The notes beneath the pieces are model-generated. The model was not told the DNA's origin. It did not search any database and saw only the letters and a list, made by a program, of their open reading frames with translations. A stretch of DNA of 37,796 bases from Prasinococcaceae sp. CCMP 1430 (lineage: Eukaryota > Plantae > Prasinodermophyta), in assembly GCA_013416795.1 (NCBI GenBank), contig RQSC01000017.1, positions 1 to 37,796 of the forward strand, read 5' to 3'. The translations under genes and the position numbers were made by a program. Shown here piece by piece: positions 8,794 through 19,145 of this stretch; position 1 is the stretch's first letter; each line of letters opens with the position of its first letter.

Positions 8794-11700
8794 TTACGCG
8801 CCCATCGGCCCCGCGGCAGCGGCGGCGGGGGCGGCGCGCCGCCTGGCGGCCGCGCGCGCGCGCTCGGTGGCCTCCTCGAATTCCTTGGCCTTGGCGGCGG
8901 CCACTGCGACGACGCTCTCGGGCACGCCTGCCATGCGAGCGACGGACACTCCGAAGGAGCGGTCGGCGATGCCTGGCACAACGCGGTATAGCAGCGTGAT
9001 CTTGGGGATGCCCTCCGCCCCCTCGCCCGCGCCCACGTCGCGCACGTAATCCATCCGAAACGTGCCCACATCGTCGGGATGCTCGCGCGCGAGCGCGCGC
9101 ACGATGTCCGGGTAGTGCGTCGCAAAGAGGCACAGGCACCTCGTGCGGCTCACGAGGTAGCTCAGCGTCGAGTACGCGATGGCGGCGCCGTCGTAGGTCG
9201 CGGTGCCTCGACCAAGCTCGTCCAGGATGACCAGGCTGCGCTCGGTGGCCTGCGAGAGCGCCGAGCTCGCTTCGGTGAGCTCCTCGAGGAATGTTGAGCG
9301 TCCCATGAGGATGTTGTCCGACGCGCCCATGCGCGTGAAGACGCCGTCCATGGCTGAGAGCGTCGCCCGCGCACACGGAACGAACGAGCCCGCCTGTGAC
9401 ATGACAACGGACAGTGCAAGCGAGCGCGCCGACGTGCTCTTGCCGCCCATGTTCGGGCCCGTGATCACGTGGCAGCGCTTGGCCGGCCGCGCGCCGAGAT
9501 GGTAGTCGTTGGGGACGAAACCACCGCCCATCATCGGGGAGAGCACCGGGTGCCAGCAGCCCTCGAGGCGCACCTCCACCGGCGCGGACTCAGCGGGCAC
9601 GTGGGGTCGCACGAAGCCCTCCGCCTCCGCGACGGTTGCGAGCGACAGGAGCGCATCGAGCTCGGCAAGCGCGCGCGCGGTGCCAGCCATTGGAGCGTAG
9701 TGCGTACCCGCAGCGCGAACGAATTGCGCCCACGCGAGGTTTGCTGCTGCCACTCGGCGCTCGCGCGCGCACGCGAGGCGTTTGATGCCTGCGATCACCT
9801 CGGGCGGGTGGTAGCGCGCGAATTGTTTGGTCGTGTTCACCTTGAGCCAGGCCGACGGCACCTTGTGGCTCACGGGCACCTCGACGAGGTACTCAGTCTT
9901 CGACGACCCCTGCGACAGCGAACGGTACTTGATCGACGGGCGATTCGCCACGCGGCGCAGTTCCGGCAGCAGGTTCTCGAGCTCCGCCTCTGCTGCACTC
10001 ACCTCGTCACGGCGCTGCGCAAGCTCGGGGAACCGCGCACGCGCGGTCTGCTCTGAGAAGATTTCGAGCTTGTCGCCAGCCGTCGCGGCCGCCTCGTTCA
10101 CCTCGGCGAGCATCGCGGCCGCTGCCGTCTCAACCGTGGCGTCCGACGCGGCGGCAACGAGCCCTCTGAGCAGCTGCGAGCGCGCCAGCGCATCCTCCGA
10201 CTTGGCGCACTCGCGCATGCGGCGCACGGCGGTGAGCATCGTGCGCAGCGTGCCCACTAGCTCGCGCGGGGTGGCCGTCTGGTGCACCACGCGCATGAGC
10301 GCGCGCTCCACGTCTGGCAGGCCGCGCAGCGTGCTGCGCATCGTGCGCGCGAGAATGCCCGCGTCGTTTGCGCCGTCGCCATTCGTGCCGCCAGCGGGGG
10401 CACCGTCCCCAGCCTCCTGCGGCCGTTCGATGCCGCTCGCACGCAGCGACTCTGCGAGACACTCGACAGCCTCGTGGCGCCCAATAACGGGTCTGGCACG
10501 AGCCAGCGGCCGCGTGATCCAACGGCGTAGCATGCGGCCGCCAGCAGCCGTGAGCGTGCGGTCGAGGAGCCGCACGAGCGAGCCGCGCTCGGTGCCGTCC
10601 CCCGAGTTGGTGAGCACCTCGAGCTGGCGCAGCGCGTTGGCAGAGAGCCGCATCTCGCCGTCCTCTGCGTAAGGCCTTGGTCGACTCGCCAGCGTGACCC
10701 CCGCGAGCTTGAACTGCGCGAGGTACTTTAGGCCGGCAGCGAGCGCTGTGAGCACGACCTCGGGCAAGCGCATCACGTCCTCGAGCATCTGATCGAGAGA
10801 TCCGCGCGCGTCATCCGCGTTGGCGAGGCTCGCGAGACCCCCCGCAACGTCGCGCCCGCCCTCGGCCTCGCAGTAGCGATCGGCTACAGCGGCGGCGGCC
10901 GACGCGCCCGCGACGCTCGCGGTCGTTTCGCGCTCTACTCGCACGCTGCCGGACGCTGCGTGCGCCTTGATGACCGCATCGACGACCGCATCGGGATCGC
11001 CTACGAGTACCACCTCGCGCGGCGCAAGCGCGATCACGCGCCCCTCGACCTCCGCGCGAGCGCGCCGCGAGTCGGCCGAGCCGTAGCTGACCTCTCCCGT
11101 GGAGCACTCGATAGCGACGACGCCAACCGACTTGTCCTGGCCCGTGGCGACAACGAGCAAAAAGCTCGACAGATCGCTGCTCTTGTTGCCGTGTGCATCG
11201 GCATCAGCGCCCGCTGCCTCGGTGCCCGCAGCGTCGGCGTCAGCTGGAGCGGCGGCGTCGGCGCTCGCGTACTGCTCGGCCGGCGTCGGGCCGCTGCCGT
11301 TCGTGCCTCCGCTGCTGCCGCCACCACCGCCGCCGCTGAATCGCCCGCGAAAGCGCCCGCCGTAGAAGCCGCCAGCTGGCTTGCGCGCCAGCTCGCCTTC
11401 GCTCGCTCCGAGTGCTGCCTGGGCGGCCAGCGTCGCGGCCGTGTATATGGCGCTGAGCTGACGCGAGAATGGCCCGCTCTTCTTGTCCGACGCGGCCTTG
11501 AGGGCAGCCGTATCGTCCTGCCTGACCACGCCGACCTTGTGTCCAGCCTCGACCAGCCGCTTGCAGTGGACCTCGAGTCGATGGGTGGGCACCGACGCGC
11601 TCAAGAAATTACCCTTGACGTACGCGGCGATGCCCAGGCACTCGCTCGCCACAGCGGCGTCTTTCCCAAAGAACTGGTACTTGTAGCCGACCTCGACCAG

Positions 11701-12351
11701 GAGCAGGACGCCCGGATGCTCGCGCTGCAGGCGCAGCACCTGCTGCTCGAGAGGCGTGTACTCGACGCCGCGCGCGCCAGGGGGCGGCTGGTAGAAAGGC
11801 TCGCCGCCCTCGCCGGTGATGGATGGCGCGCCGCTGTTCGCTGCTGCGGCGGGTGATGGCGCTCCAAGGCTCGCGCGTAGACGCGCGCGCCGTTCCTCCT
11901 CTGTGAGCGGCGTGGCGGGCGTGCCACCGGCTGCGTCGTCCACTGCTGCATCGCCGCCGACGACGTCGTCATCGACTTCGGTCTGATCGACCAGATCGAC
12001 GCCCGCCCACTCGCCCTTGCGCGCGCGCTGCTGCCGCTGCCGCGGCGCTGCCACGGCGGTCGATCGCGGCGGCCGCGACGCGGTCGGAGGCGCGGACGCC
12101 TTCGCTGGCGGTCGAGCGGCCGATGGGGCCGCTGCCCCACCGGCGTTGGCGCCCTTCGGCGCCGCGGCCTTGGGCGCGAAAAACGACGAGATCGCCCGCT
12201 GCTTCCCCCCGGGTGCATGCACGAAGCGCAGAGGCGGCCGCACGCTTGGGGCACGCAGGCTGATTGTGTCAGAACGTGACACGCGTCTGCGCAGCGCGCG
12301 CCGTCCGCCTGCAGCGCTCGACCGCGCCCCCGTCCTTTTCGCGCGTCGCAT
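8794..12351 (-). CDS. MSH3: DNA mismatch repair protein MSH3 (intronless; true start may be near 12218)
   Basis: PIP box QRAISSFF, YTPLEQQV, the MSH3-type LLVEVGYKYQFFG (not the GxFYE of MutS/MSH6), Walker A TGPNMGGKS, STFLEEL, ILDELGRGT, FATHY and helix-turn-helix SFGVSVARMAGVP. Confidence 0.93.
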   Translation of the reverse strand: MRRAKRTGARSSAAGGRRALRRRVSRSDTISLRAPSVRPPLRFVHAPGGKQRAISSFFAPKAAAPKGANAGGAAAPSAARPPAKASAPPTASRPPRSTAVAAPRQRQQRARKGEWAGVDLVDQTEVDDDVVGGDAAVDDAAGGTPATPLTEEERRARLRASLGAPSPAAAANSGAPSITGEGGEPFYQPPPGARGVEYTPLEQQVLRLQREHPGVLLLVEVGYKYQFFGKDAAVASECLGIAAYVKGNFLSASVPTHRLEVHCKRLVEAGHKVGVVRQDDTAALKAASDKKSGPFSRQLSAIYTAATLAAQAALGASEGELARKPAGGFYGGRFRGRFSGGGGGGSSGGTNGSGPTPAEQYASADAAAPADADAAGTEAAGADADAHGNKSSDLSSFLLVVATGQDKSVGVVAIECSTGEVSYGSADSRRARAEVEGRVIALAPREVVLVGDPDAVVDAVIKAHAASGSVRVERETTASVAGASAAAAVADRYCEAEGGRDVAGGLASLANADDARGSLDQMLEDVMRLPEVVLTALAAGLKYLAQFKLAGVTLASRPRPYAEDGEMRLSANALRQLEVLTNSGDGTERGSLVRLLDRTLTAAGGRMLRRWITRPLARARPVIGRHEAVECLAESLRASGIERPQEAGDGAPAGGTNGDGANDAGILARTMRSTLRGLPDVERALMRVVHQTATPRELVGTLRTMLTAVRRMRECAKSEDALARSQLLRGLVAAASDATVETAAAAMLAEVNEAAATAGDKLEIFSEQTARARFPELAQRRDEVSAAEAELENLLPELRRVANRPSIKYRSLSQGSSKTEYLVEVPVSHKVPSAWLKVNTTKQFARYHPPEVIAGIKRLACARERRVAAANLAWAQFVRAAGTHYAPMAGTARALAELDALLSLATVAEAEGFVRPHVPAESAPVEVRLEGCWHPVLSPMMGGGFVPNDYHLGARPAKRCHVITGPNMGGKSTSARSLALSVVMSQAGSFVPCARATLSAMDGVFTRMGASDNILMGRSTFLEELTEASSALSQATERSLVILDELGRGTATYDGAAIAYSTLSYLVSRTRCLCLFATHYPDIVRALAREHPDDVGTFRMDYVRDVGAGEGAEGIPKITLLYRVVPGIADRSFGVSVARMAGVPESVVAVAAAKAKEFEEATERARAAARRRAAPAAAAAGPMGA
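12337..12344 (+). promoter_or_regulatory. Candidate E2F site TTTCGCGC near the MSH3 5' end
   Basis: Exact match to the TTTSSCGC consensus beside a DNA-repair gene. The motif is short, so a chance match is possible. Confidence 0.3.
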
Positions 12352-13032
12352 ACAGGGTTCGCTTCGAAGATCAAGTCAAATTACCTTTGAGGATATCGCA
12401 GACCCCTTTGACCCAAATTATGTTTTTGAGATTTGAGCTCGCCCGTGGTTACATTTTGCACATTTCGTAGTGCGTGTGCCAAGCCCTCCTCGCGTGTTCG
12501 CGTCAGATTTCGAAATCCGCTGATTCGATGCAGAGAGGTCGATCTTTGATCAAAACGCGCGGAATCGCACGAATTGGGCGCGGCAGACTGCGGCGGAATT
12601 CGCGCGCGCGAGCAGCCCCCCGCGCGCTCGCGCGCGCTCGGGGAACGCGCGCCGGTGCTGGGCGCAGCGGGGCCAAGCGCAGCGCGGCGGCGTTATCGCC
12701 GCCGCGGGCGGGTGGGCGCCAGAGCGCAGGCGCGGCCTCCTGCCCGGCGTCCCCCGCCGCTGCGTCCCCCGCGTTCCTCATCGCCGGCGGCACGAGAAAA
12801 CTCCGATGTCGCCGCCCACGACCGCCTTCCTCCCCCCCCCCCCCAGGTGACGGGGGAGGGCGCCAGGCAACGCGTGTGCACACAGTGGCGCCTACGACAG
12901 CCTCAAGTGACAGGCTCCAGGTCAGGAAAAAAGTTTTTATTTTTTTACGCATCATCTCGACGAGTTGCCTGGAAAGGGGTGGGGGGTGGGAGGGTGCGGT
13001 GCGGCGGGCGGCGACCCGCCCCGGCCGCCGCG

Positions 13033-16000
13033 ATGGGATGGGATTCGGATGGGGCTGCCGCCGCTGCGCTGGCGTCGGCGCTGGGGGAAGAGTGCGCGGC
13101 AGCGCTGGGAGCGCTCGCGGGCGCGGCGGCGGCCATCGCGGCAGACCTCGAGGAAGGAGAGGTGCTCCCTCACGAAGCTGGAGGGGCGGCGTCGCCCGGG
13201 ACTCGGTGCGCGAACGCGACGGTCGCCATCGACGGAACGGTGCGCGATGTGCTGAGCATCGCGTGGCCCCTATCGACGGTGGACCTGAAGGTTGCGTCGG
13301 GGTCGACGGTGCGCGACCTCCTCCGCACGCTATTGGTGGCGGCCGCACTCTTTGCTTTCCTCCTGCTTCTGGTCGGCTGGGGTCGCACAGGGCCCCTGCA
13401 CCGAACCTTCGACTCGGTTTGGTGGCAGCTCTCGGAGGGCGGCACGCACCAGGGCGTAGCGCGCACACCCCTGGGCGTGCGGCTGCCTCGGCTCGGTGGC
13501 TGGATGAGCTTCCTGCGAGCAGCGGTCGCGCGCTCGGATGACGCGCTCGCGGTGACTTGCTCGCTGGATGATGTCATGCTGCTGCGATGGGTGCGCATGT
13601 GTGCGCAATTCTTTACCGTGCTCTCCGTGGTTTCTTTGCCAGCGCTGCTGCCGCTGTACGCCCGCTCGCTGGGGAGTTCGGGCGCCGATGGCAGCACGCC
13701 GCTGCGGGAGCTCACGATAGGTAATCTCGCCACCGATACGAACTGGCGGTGGCTGCCCGTGGTCCTCATCTGGGCTTACACCTGGTTCCTTATCAAGATG
13801 CTCTCCTCCCTCACGGCGCAATACGCGCGGCTGCGCTGGACGGTGAGCCCCGAACGGGCCGGCGTGCAGATGCATGCTGTGCTGGTGAGCGACGTGCCCA
13901 CGCACTCAGAGGACGTGGCGGCGGCGCTCGCGCTAGCTTCGGATCCCGCGCAGCTCGCTGAGGTCGGTTCGAATGTGAGCGCGACGTGCAGCTCGTGCAT
14001 GGCGATTGTTGTGTGGTTCCTCCTCGACTTAATGCCAGGAAGGCTGGTTCTCAAGCACGTCGTGGTGCCGCTGTGCAAGCGGCTTGGCGTGCGCGCCATC
14101 GACTACCACCAAATCGGTCGATACACGACCGTTCAGCGAGGGGCCGAACGCATGATCTCGCAGCTCGCTACGCCCGTTAGGAAGACACGCAGGCGTGCGC
14201 GGACTCACGTGCGGACCGGTTCGGAAGATTTGGTCCTCGAGGAAAATGGCAGCGGCCTCGCAAGTCAGCTGACGTCAGGGCATCATCGGCGCGTGGCTTC
14301 GTCGTTGGATTTTGCGAATCTGCCTACAGCTGCGGCTAAGGCAGCACATGCTGGAATGTCGCCTGTGCGAACGCCGCGCGTGGCCAGGGCACCGCCGCCA
14401 GCGCTGGCGATCCCGTCAGGCGGCCAACTCCTCAGCCCACCGAGCATCGCGAGTGTGGCGAGCTTTGCCAGCGTGGCCAGCGTCACCAGCGATGGCGACG
14501 GCGACTCCTCTCAAAGTGGCAGCGCCAAGCGCAGGCGCGAAGCCATCAGGGGCTTCGAAGCCGAGACTGGAAGAGTGGCGGTAGACTTGTTCCTTAATCC
14601 CGACCTGGGGCTCGTGTCGCGCGAGGAGGTGTCCAAACGCGTGCGATCCAAGTTCGCGGAGTCGTTCTCGGAGGAGGAGGTGATCCATGTCATCCAGGCC
14701 CTTGACACGAGCGAAATTGATGTGCTCAGTGCTCAGCTGGACGCGGCGCGCGAGGCCGTCGCTGCGCACAAACTGCGCCACGACCTGACATCGAAGAGCG
14801 CCTTGGCATTCTCGAGGCTGGGCCAGCGGCTTAAGGCGAGCCTGAAAGCGTTCATGGCCCTCCAGCCGACTGTGCCGCGCCTGGAAGTGATTGATGAGCA
14901 TTCCCCTTCGACGACCGCCACATCAAAGCTGCTCGCGCTCGAATCGAGGGCGTCCACGCTCTCGCAGGAGCTCCGCGAGAAGCGCCGGAAGCTTGTCATG
15001 GATGGGGCCCCGAGCCCCTCCGCTATTGTGATATTCAAGCGGCGGCGGACGGCCACTATTGCGGGCAGCGTGCTCCTCAGCCCCGAATTTGGCACGTGGA
15101 ATGCCGAGCCCGCCCCGGGCCCTACGGACGTGGTGTGGTCGAACCTGCACATGACTTCAGCCGAGCGCGACTTGAAGACGCTGAGGGTACGTTTGCTGGC
15201 AGCATTCATCATCCTGTTTGCGCAGGTGCCTGTCGCGTACATCAAGGGCTTGTTGGTGGATAACCAGGACGTTGTGGTCCACCATCTCGGCGATATGGCC
15301 TTCGAACTGCTTGTCGCGCTCGTTTTCGTCATCTTCCTCGTCGTCGGGCACGTCTTGAGCCTGGCGCTCTCGAGAGCCACGGGCCACAAATCTTTTAGCC
15401 GCATGGACACGGAGGGCGCGCAAATATACTTCTGGCTTCTCGCATTGAACGTCGTCGTCGCTAACATGACCACGAAGTCCATCTGGAACGAGCTGGTCGA
15501 CTGGACGAGCGACCTGGGGCTGCTGGGGCTGAAGCTCACCTCGGCGTTGGTAGACACCAGCCAGCTCTTCATCAACTTCGTCGCCTTCCGCGTGGCGCAG
15601 TCGCTGCCGTTCGAGCTCCTGCACCCGCCCTCTCACCTCCGCTATGGGATCAAGCTGTTGCTGCACACGCTGTCGAGGCAGAAATTCAGCGAGTCTGCGA
15701 GGCGCGCCGCCTCGGTGCCTGAGTACATGCCCGCCCATCGCGTGCCTGCGCAAATGGGGATGATCGTGCTCCTGGGCATGCTGTACAGCGTGTTCGCTCC
15801 CCTCATCCTGCCCGTGTGCGCCGTGTACTTCTGGTGCGCGCTCGTCTTCTGGAAGCACAACTGCGTCTATCATTACCGGAGCCGTTACACGAACGGCGGC
15901 GAGCTGTGGCCCTTTCTGCAAAACATGACCCTTCGGTGTCTCCTCCTCACGCAGCTGATTACCTTTGGCGGCATGGGAGCGGCCGACAACGCACTGCTGA

Positions 16001-16903
16001 GGCTCTTCCTGCTCCCCCTGCCGTTTTACACGTACTACGCCGGTAGCGCGCTCCACCGCAGGACCATGGACACTGGCCAGCGCATGCCGCTCTTCGCAGA
16101 CGCCGACGCAGTCGCGGCGGCGTCGCTGGGGGCACTCCAGCGGCGCATTATCTCCGGCGGCTGGCGCGAGTACATCCCGCGAAACCTGCGCGGCATGAGC
16201 GGCACGCGGCTGTTCAAGGAGGCGGTGGTGCGCATCATCGAGGCGCGCGCTTTCGCTGCGGCGCGGGGTCGTCCCCCCCCCGCGGCGCGCCGAGGAGATG
16301 GGCGGTCTCTCCCCGCCCGCGCGCGAGAGGCGGCTCGGCAGGGAGCGCACGTGGCGGCTGGAGGAGGAGCTGCTGCAGCATACGGCGGTTTCCCCCCCAG
16401 GCGCGCGCAGCGGCACTTCCCCGCTCGCGCCACCGCCGTGGGAGCGTGGTCCTCCGACGCGCCCCGCAGGGCGTCGCTCGTCGACGCCTGGCGGCGAGGC
16501 GGATGAGGAAGAGAAGGTGAGCGCCAACGGGGTCGCGCTCCGCCTCCGCGTGGGCACCGACGACGTCCTGCTGGACGCCTCCATGCCGCGCGCGAGGGAG
16601 CTCTTCGGCGTCCCCGAGTTGGGCCCGCCGATGTCGGAGCAGACGCTGATGCCGCGCGTGGGGTCGGGGACGGACGCGGCCGCGGCGGACGGGAGGGCGC
16701 CGGGGGGCAGCGACTGCGGCGACGAGGAGCGTGGCTCGGACACCGGAGGCTCGGAGGCGGGCTCGGTCATTGTGCACTCCGACGCCGATGGCGATGGTGA
16801 GGACGAGGACGATGAGGAAGAGGGCGCCGCGGATGCGGGCTATGACGGGCTCGGCGGGGGCTCCGGGTTGCGCTCGCCGCCGCGCGAGTGGCGAGGCCCA
16901 TGA
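13033..16903 (+). CDS. OSCA/TMEM63 (CSC1/ERD4-like) mechano/osmosensitive channel; as assembled it stops at 16506, with a probable frameshift at the C-run 16273-16281 extending it to 16903
   Basis: Motifs DDVMLLRW..FF, LPALLPLY, LTIGNL, HAVLVSDVP, SAIVIF, WNAEPAPGPTDVVWSNL, FINFV and YSVFAPLILPVCAVYF..YHYRSRYTNGGELWP, with multiple TM segments. ATG at 13033 in gcgATGg context. Confidence 0.85.
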
Positions 16904-17081
16904 CCACGTCGCCCAACTTTTTTTGGTATAATGAACGACACGCACGTGCGCGGGCGCACGGACGCCGCGCGCGCACGCATGCACGCGCGCGCGCGAACGC
17001 GGCCTACCGAGTGCGCTCGCCCGCGCGCGCCCGCGCGGGTGTGCGCACGGCGCACACCCGTACGCGGCCAGGGTGCCCCAG

Positions 17082-17082
<1 letters not shown>

Positions 17083-17135
<53 letters not shown>
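17083..17135. repeat. Poly-C tract (53 nt)
   Basis: Uninterrupted C homopolymer in intergenic DNA. Confidence 0.95.
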
Positions 17136-18070
17136 ACGGGACCGAAGGGGAAGCCCGCCTCGGCAGGAAAGACTTGACTGCCCCCCCCCACACACACACC
17201 CTCGCGCATGCTGACGCGTCTTCATCAATGGCTGTCAAGAAATCGTGCGCATCGGATCAGGCGATCCTCCGATTCCAAACACCCTCCGAAACGCGAAAAT
17301 TCGAATTCGAACCGCGCGCGCGCGCGCGCGCGCGCGCGCGGTGCGGGCGCGCGCCCCTTTGGGGTCACGACCCCAAACTCATAGGGTCCAATAATTACAT
17401 CACAAAACGTTGACATTCCCATCTTTAATGCATATCTTCCTATCTCGAAGGTATGGTCAAAATGCACTCAAATCGCCCCGCCGCGTGGCGCGCGACGCGG
17501 CCCGGAATCGACGTCAAAAAGGGAGCGCGCGCGCCGAGCCCCCGCGTCCCGCGCGGCGGTTGGCGCCCGCGGGTAGGCGCCCGCGGGAGGGGTTCTGCGC
17601 GCGCGCGCGCGATCGCGCGCGAGCCGCCGCCCCTGATGAAAAACGCCGCGGAGTTGAAACGGCGCGCGCGGCGCGGGAACGCGTCGCGACCGACCTCCAC
17701 ACAACACATATGCGATCATACTTACATCATTATTCCCCACGGGAAAGTGTTTGATTGGAGTGCGTTTTGATGAGATGGTGGGGGACGGGAGGTCGGGACG
17801 CACGCGCGCCGCGCGCGGGCGAAATCGCGGCGGGCGGCGCGCGAAATGGGCGGAGCGGAAAGGCGGCGCGATGCGATGCGACCCGCGCGCGCGCGCGCGC
17901 AGGTGCAGGGCGGGGGAGGGGGTGGGGGGGTGGGGTGGGGGATGAGGGGGGGGTACGAATGGGAGGGCAGAGTGCACGGGAGAGGCGCGCGCGAACGCGC
18001 GCGCGCCCCTCCCACCCACCCCCACCTCGGGCCTCGCGCCCCCACTACACACCCTCCCTCCCGCTCCGAT

Positions 18071-18114
18071 CGCTGCACCGGTCCGGCGCCCGCGCTGCAC
18101 CGGTCCGGCGCCCG
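18071..18114 (+). repeat. 22-bp perfect tandem duplication upstream of the Pro/Thr-rich gene
   Basis: cgctgcaccggtccggcgcccg at 18071-18092 and 18093-18114. Confidence 0.9.
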
Positions 18115-18137
18115 CACGGCGCCAGTGGTGGCCAGCG

Positions 18138-19145
18138 ATGGGCGGCGTGCGGCAGACGCGCGCGCGACGTCGGCAGCAGCGGCGGATGCCGGCGAGGGGT
18201 GCGGGGGCGGCCCGGGCCCCATCTGCGGCACTGTGCCTGTGCCTGTGCGCGGCGAGCGCGGCGCGGCTGGCGGCCGGCGTGCTCGCGCCCGCGCCTGTGC
18301 CCGCACCCTCGACGGATGTCTTCCTCGACGGCATCGAAGCCGTGGACGAGTCGCTGCTGCAATTCGGGAGCGTGCCCATCCCTGAGCTCGGCCCGCAGGC
18401 GGCGTCGGAGGCGCCCACCGCCGACGCGGCACCAGAGGAGGGCACCGTCGAGGAGGCCGAGCCGGATCCGGAGAAAGGCATCCCCTTCGGCACCGGTACC
18501 GTCCCCGGCGGCGATGGGCCGGGCGAGGAAGGGGAGGTGGATACGGACGCGCCCGCTCAGATGCCCACGGAGTCATCGACGGACTTCCCCACGACGGCGC
18601 CGATCATCTCCCCGATGACGTCCGCACCAACGGTTCCGATCGCGTTTCCGACGCGCGCTGCCACGCTCTCGCCCGGCGCGCCGACGGCCTCCTCGGAGAT
18701 TCCCTTCTGCCCGCCCTGCAACAGCTGCGCGCCCACACCGTCGCCGACGAAATCGCCGATCGCGCGTACCGAATCGCCCTCTGCTGAGCCCACAGGCAGG
18801 CCGACTCGACCGCCGGTGCCTACACCATCGCCCTTCGCCGTGCAGCCGACGGAGTCGCCCTTGGTGCCTACTGACGCGCCCATCGTGGTGCAGCCGACGG
18901 AGTCGCCCTTGGTGCCCACCGACGCGCCCGTCGTGGTGCAGCCGACGGAGTCGCCCTTGGTGCCAACCGACGCGCCCGTCGTGGTGCAGCCGACGGAGTC
19001 GCCCTTGGTGCCAACCGACGCGCCCGTCGTGGTGCAGCCGACGGAGTCGCCCTTGGTACCCACTGAATCGCCCTTCGAGGTGATCGTGCAGCCGACGGAG
19101 TCGCCCTTGGTGCCTACCGACGCGCCGTTCGACTTGGGAGACTAA
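18138..19145 (+). CDS. Putative secreted Pro/Thr/Ser-rich (mucin/HRGP-like) surface protein with 16-aa tandem repeats
   Basis: Hydrophobic signal-like segment (SAALCLCLCAASAARLAAG; start at 18138 or the second Met), an acidic region, a CPPCNSC motif, PTxSP-rich stretches and VQPTESPLVPTDAPVV repeats. Confidence 0.65.
   Translation: MGGVRQTRARRRQQRRMPARGAGAARAPSAALCLCLCAASAARLAAGVLAPAPVPAPSTDVFLDGIEAVDESLLQFGSVPIPELGPQAASEAPTADAAPEEGTVEEAEPDPEKGIPFGTGTVPGGDGPGEEGEVDTDAPAQMPTESSTDFPTTAPIISPMTSAPTVPIAFPTRAATLSPGAPTASSEIPFCPPCNSCAPTPSPTKSPIARTESPSAEPTGRPTRPPVPTPSPFAVQPTESPLVPTDAPIVVQPTESPLVPTDAPVVVQPTESPLVPTDAPVVVQPTESPLVPTDAPVVVQPTESPLVPTESPFEVIVQPTESPLVPTDAPFDLGD
18840..19130 (+). repeat. Coding minisatellite, 48-bp unit, about 6 copies
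   Basis: gtgcagccgacggagtcgcccttggtgcc.ac.gacgcgccc.tcgtg repeated from 18840 at a 48-bp period, with one longer variant unit (PTESPFEVIV). Confidence 0.95.

Noticed and set aside
18840-19130. CRISPR-like array
   Set aside because: These are contiguous 48-bp coding repeats with no unique spacers, in a eukaryotic context with no cas genes.
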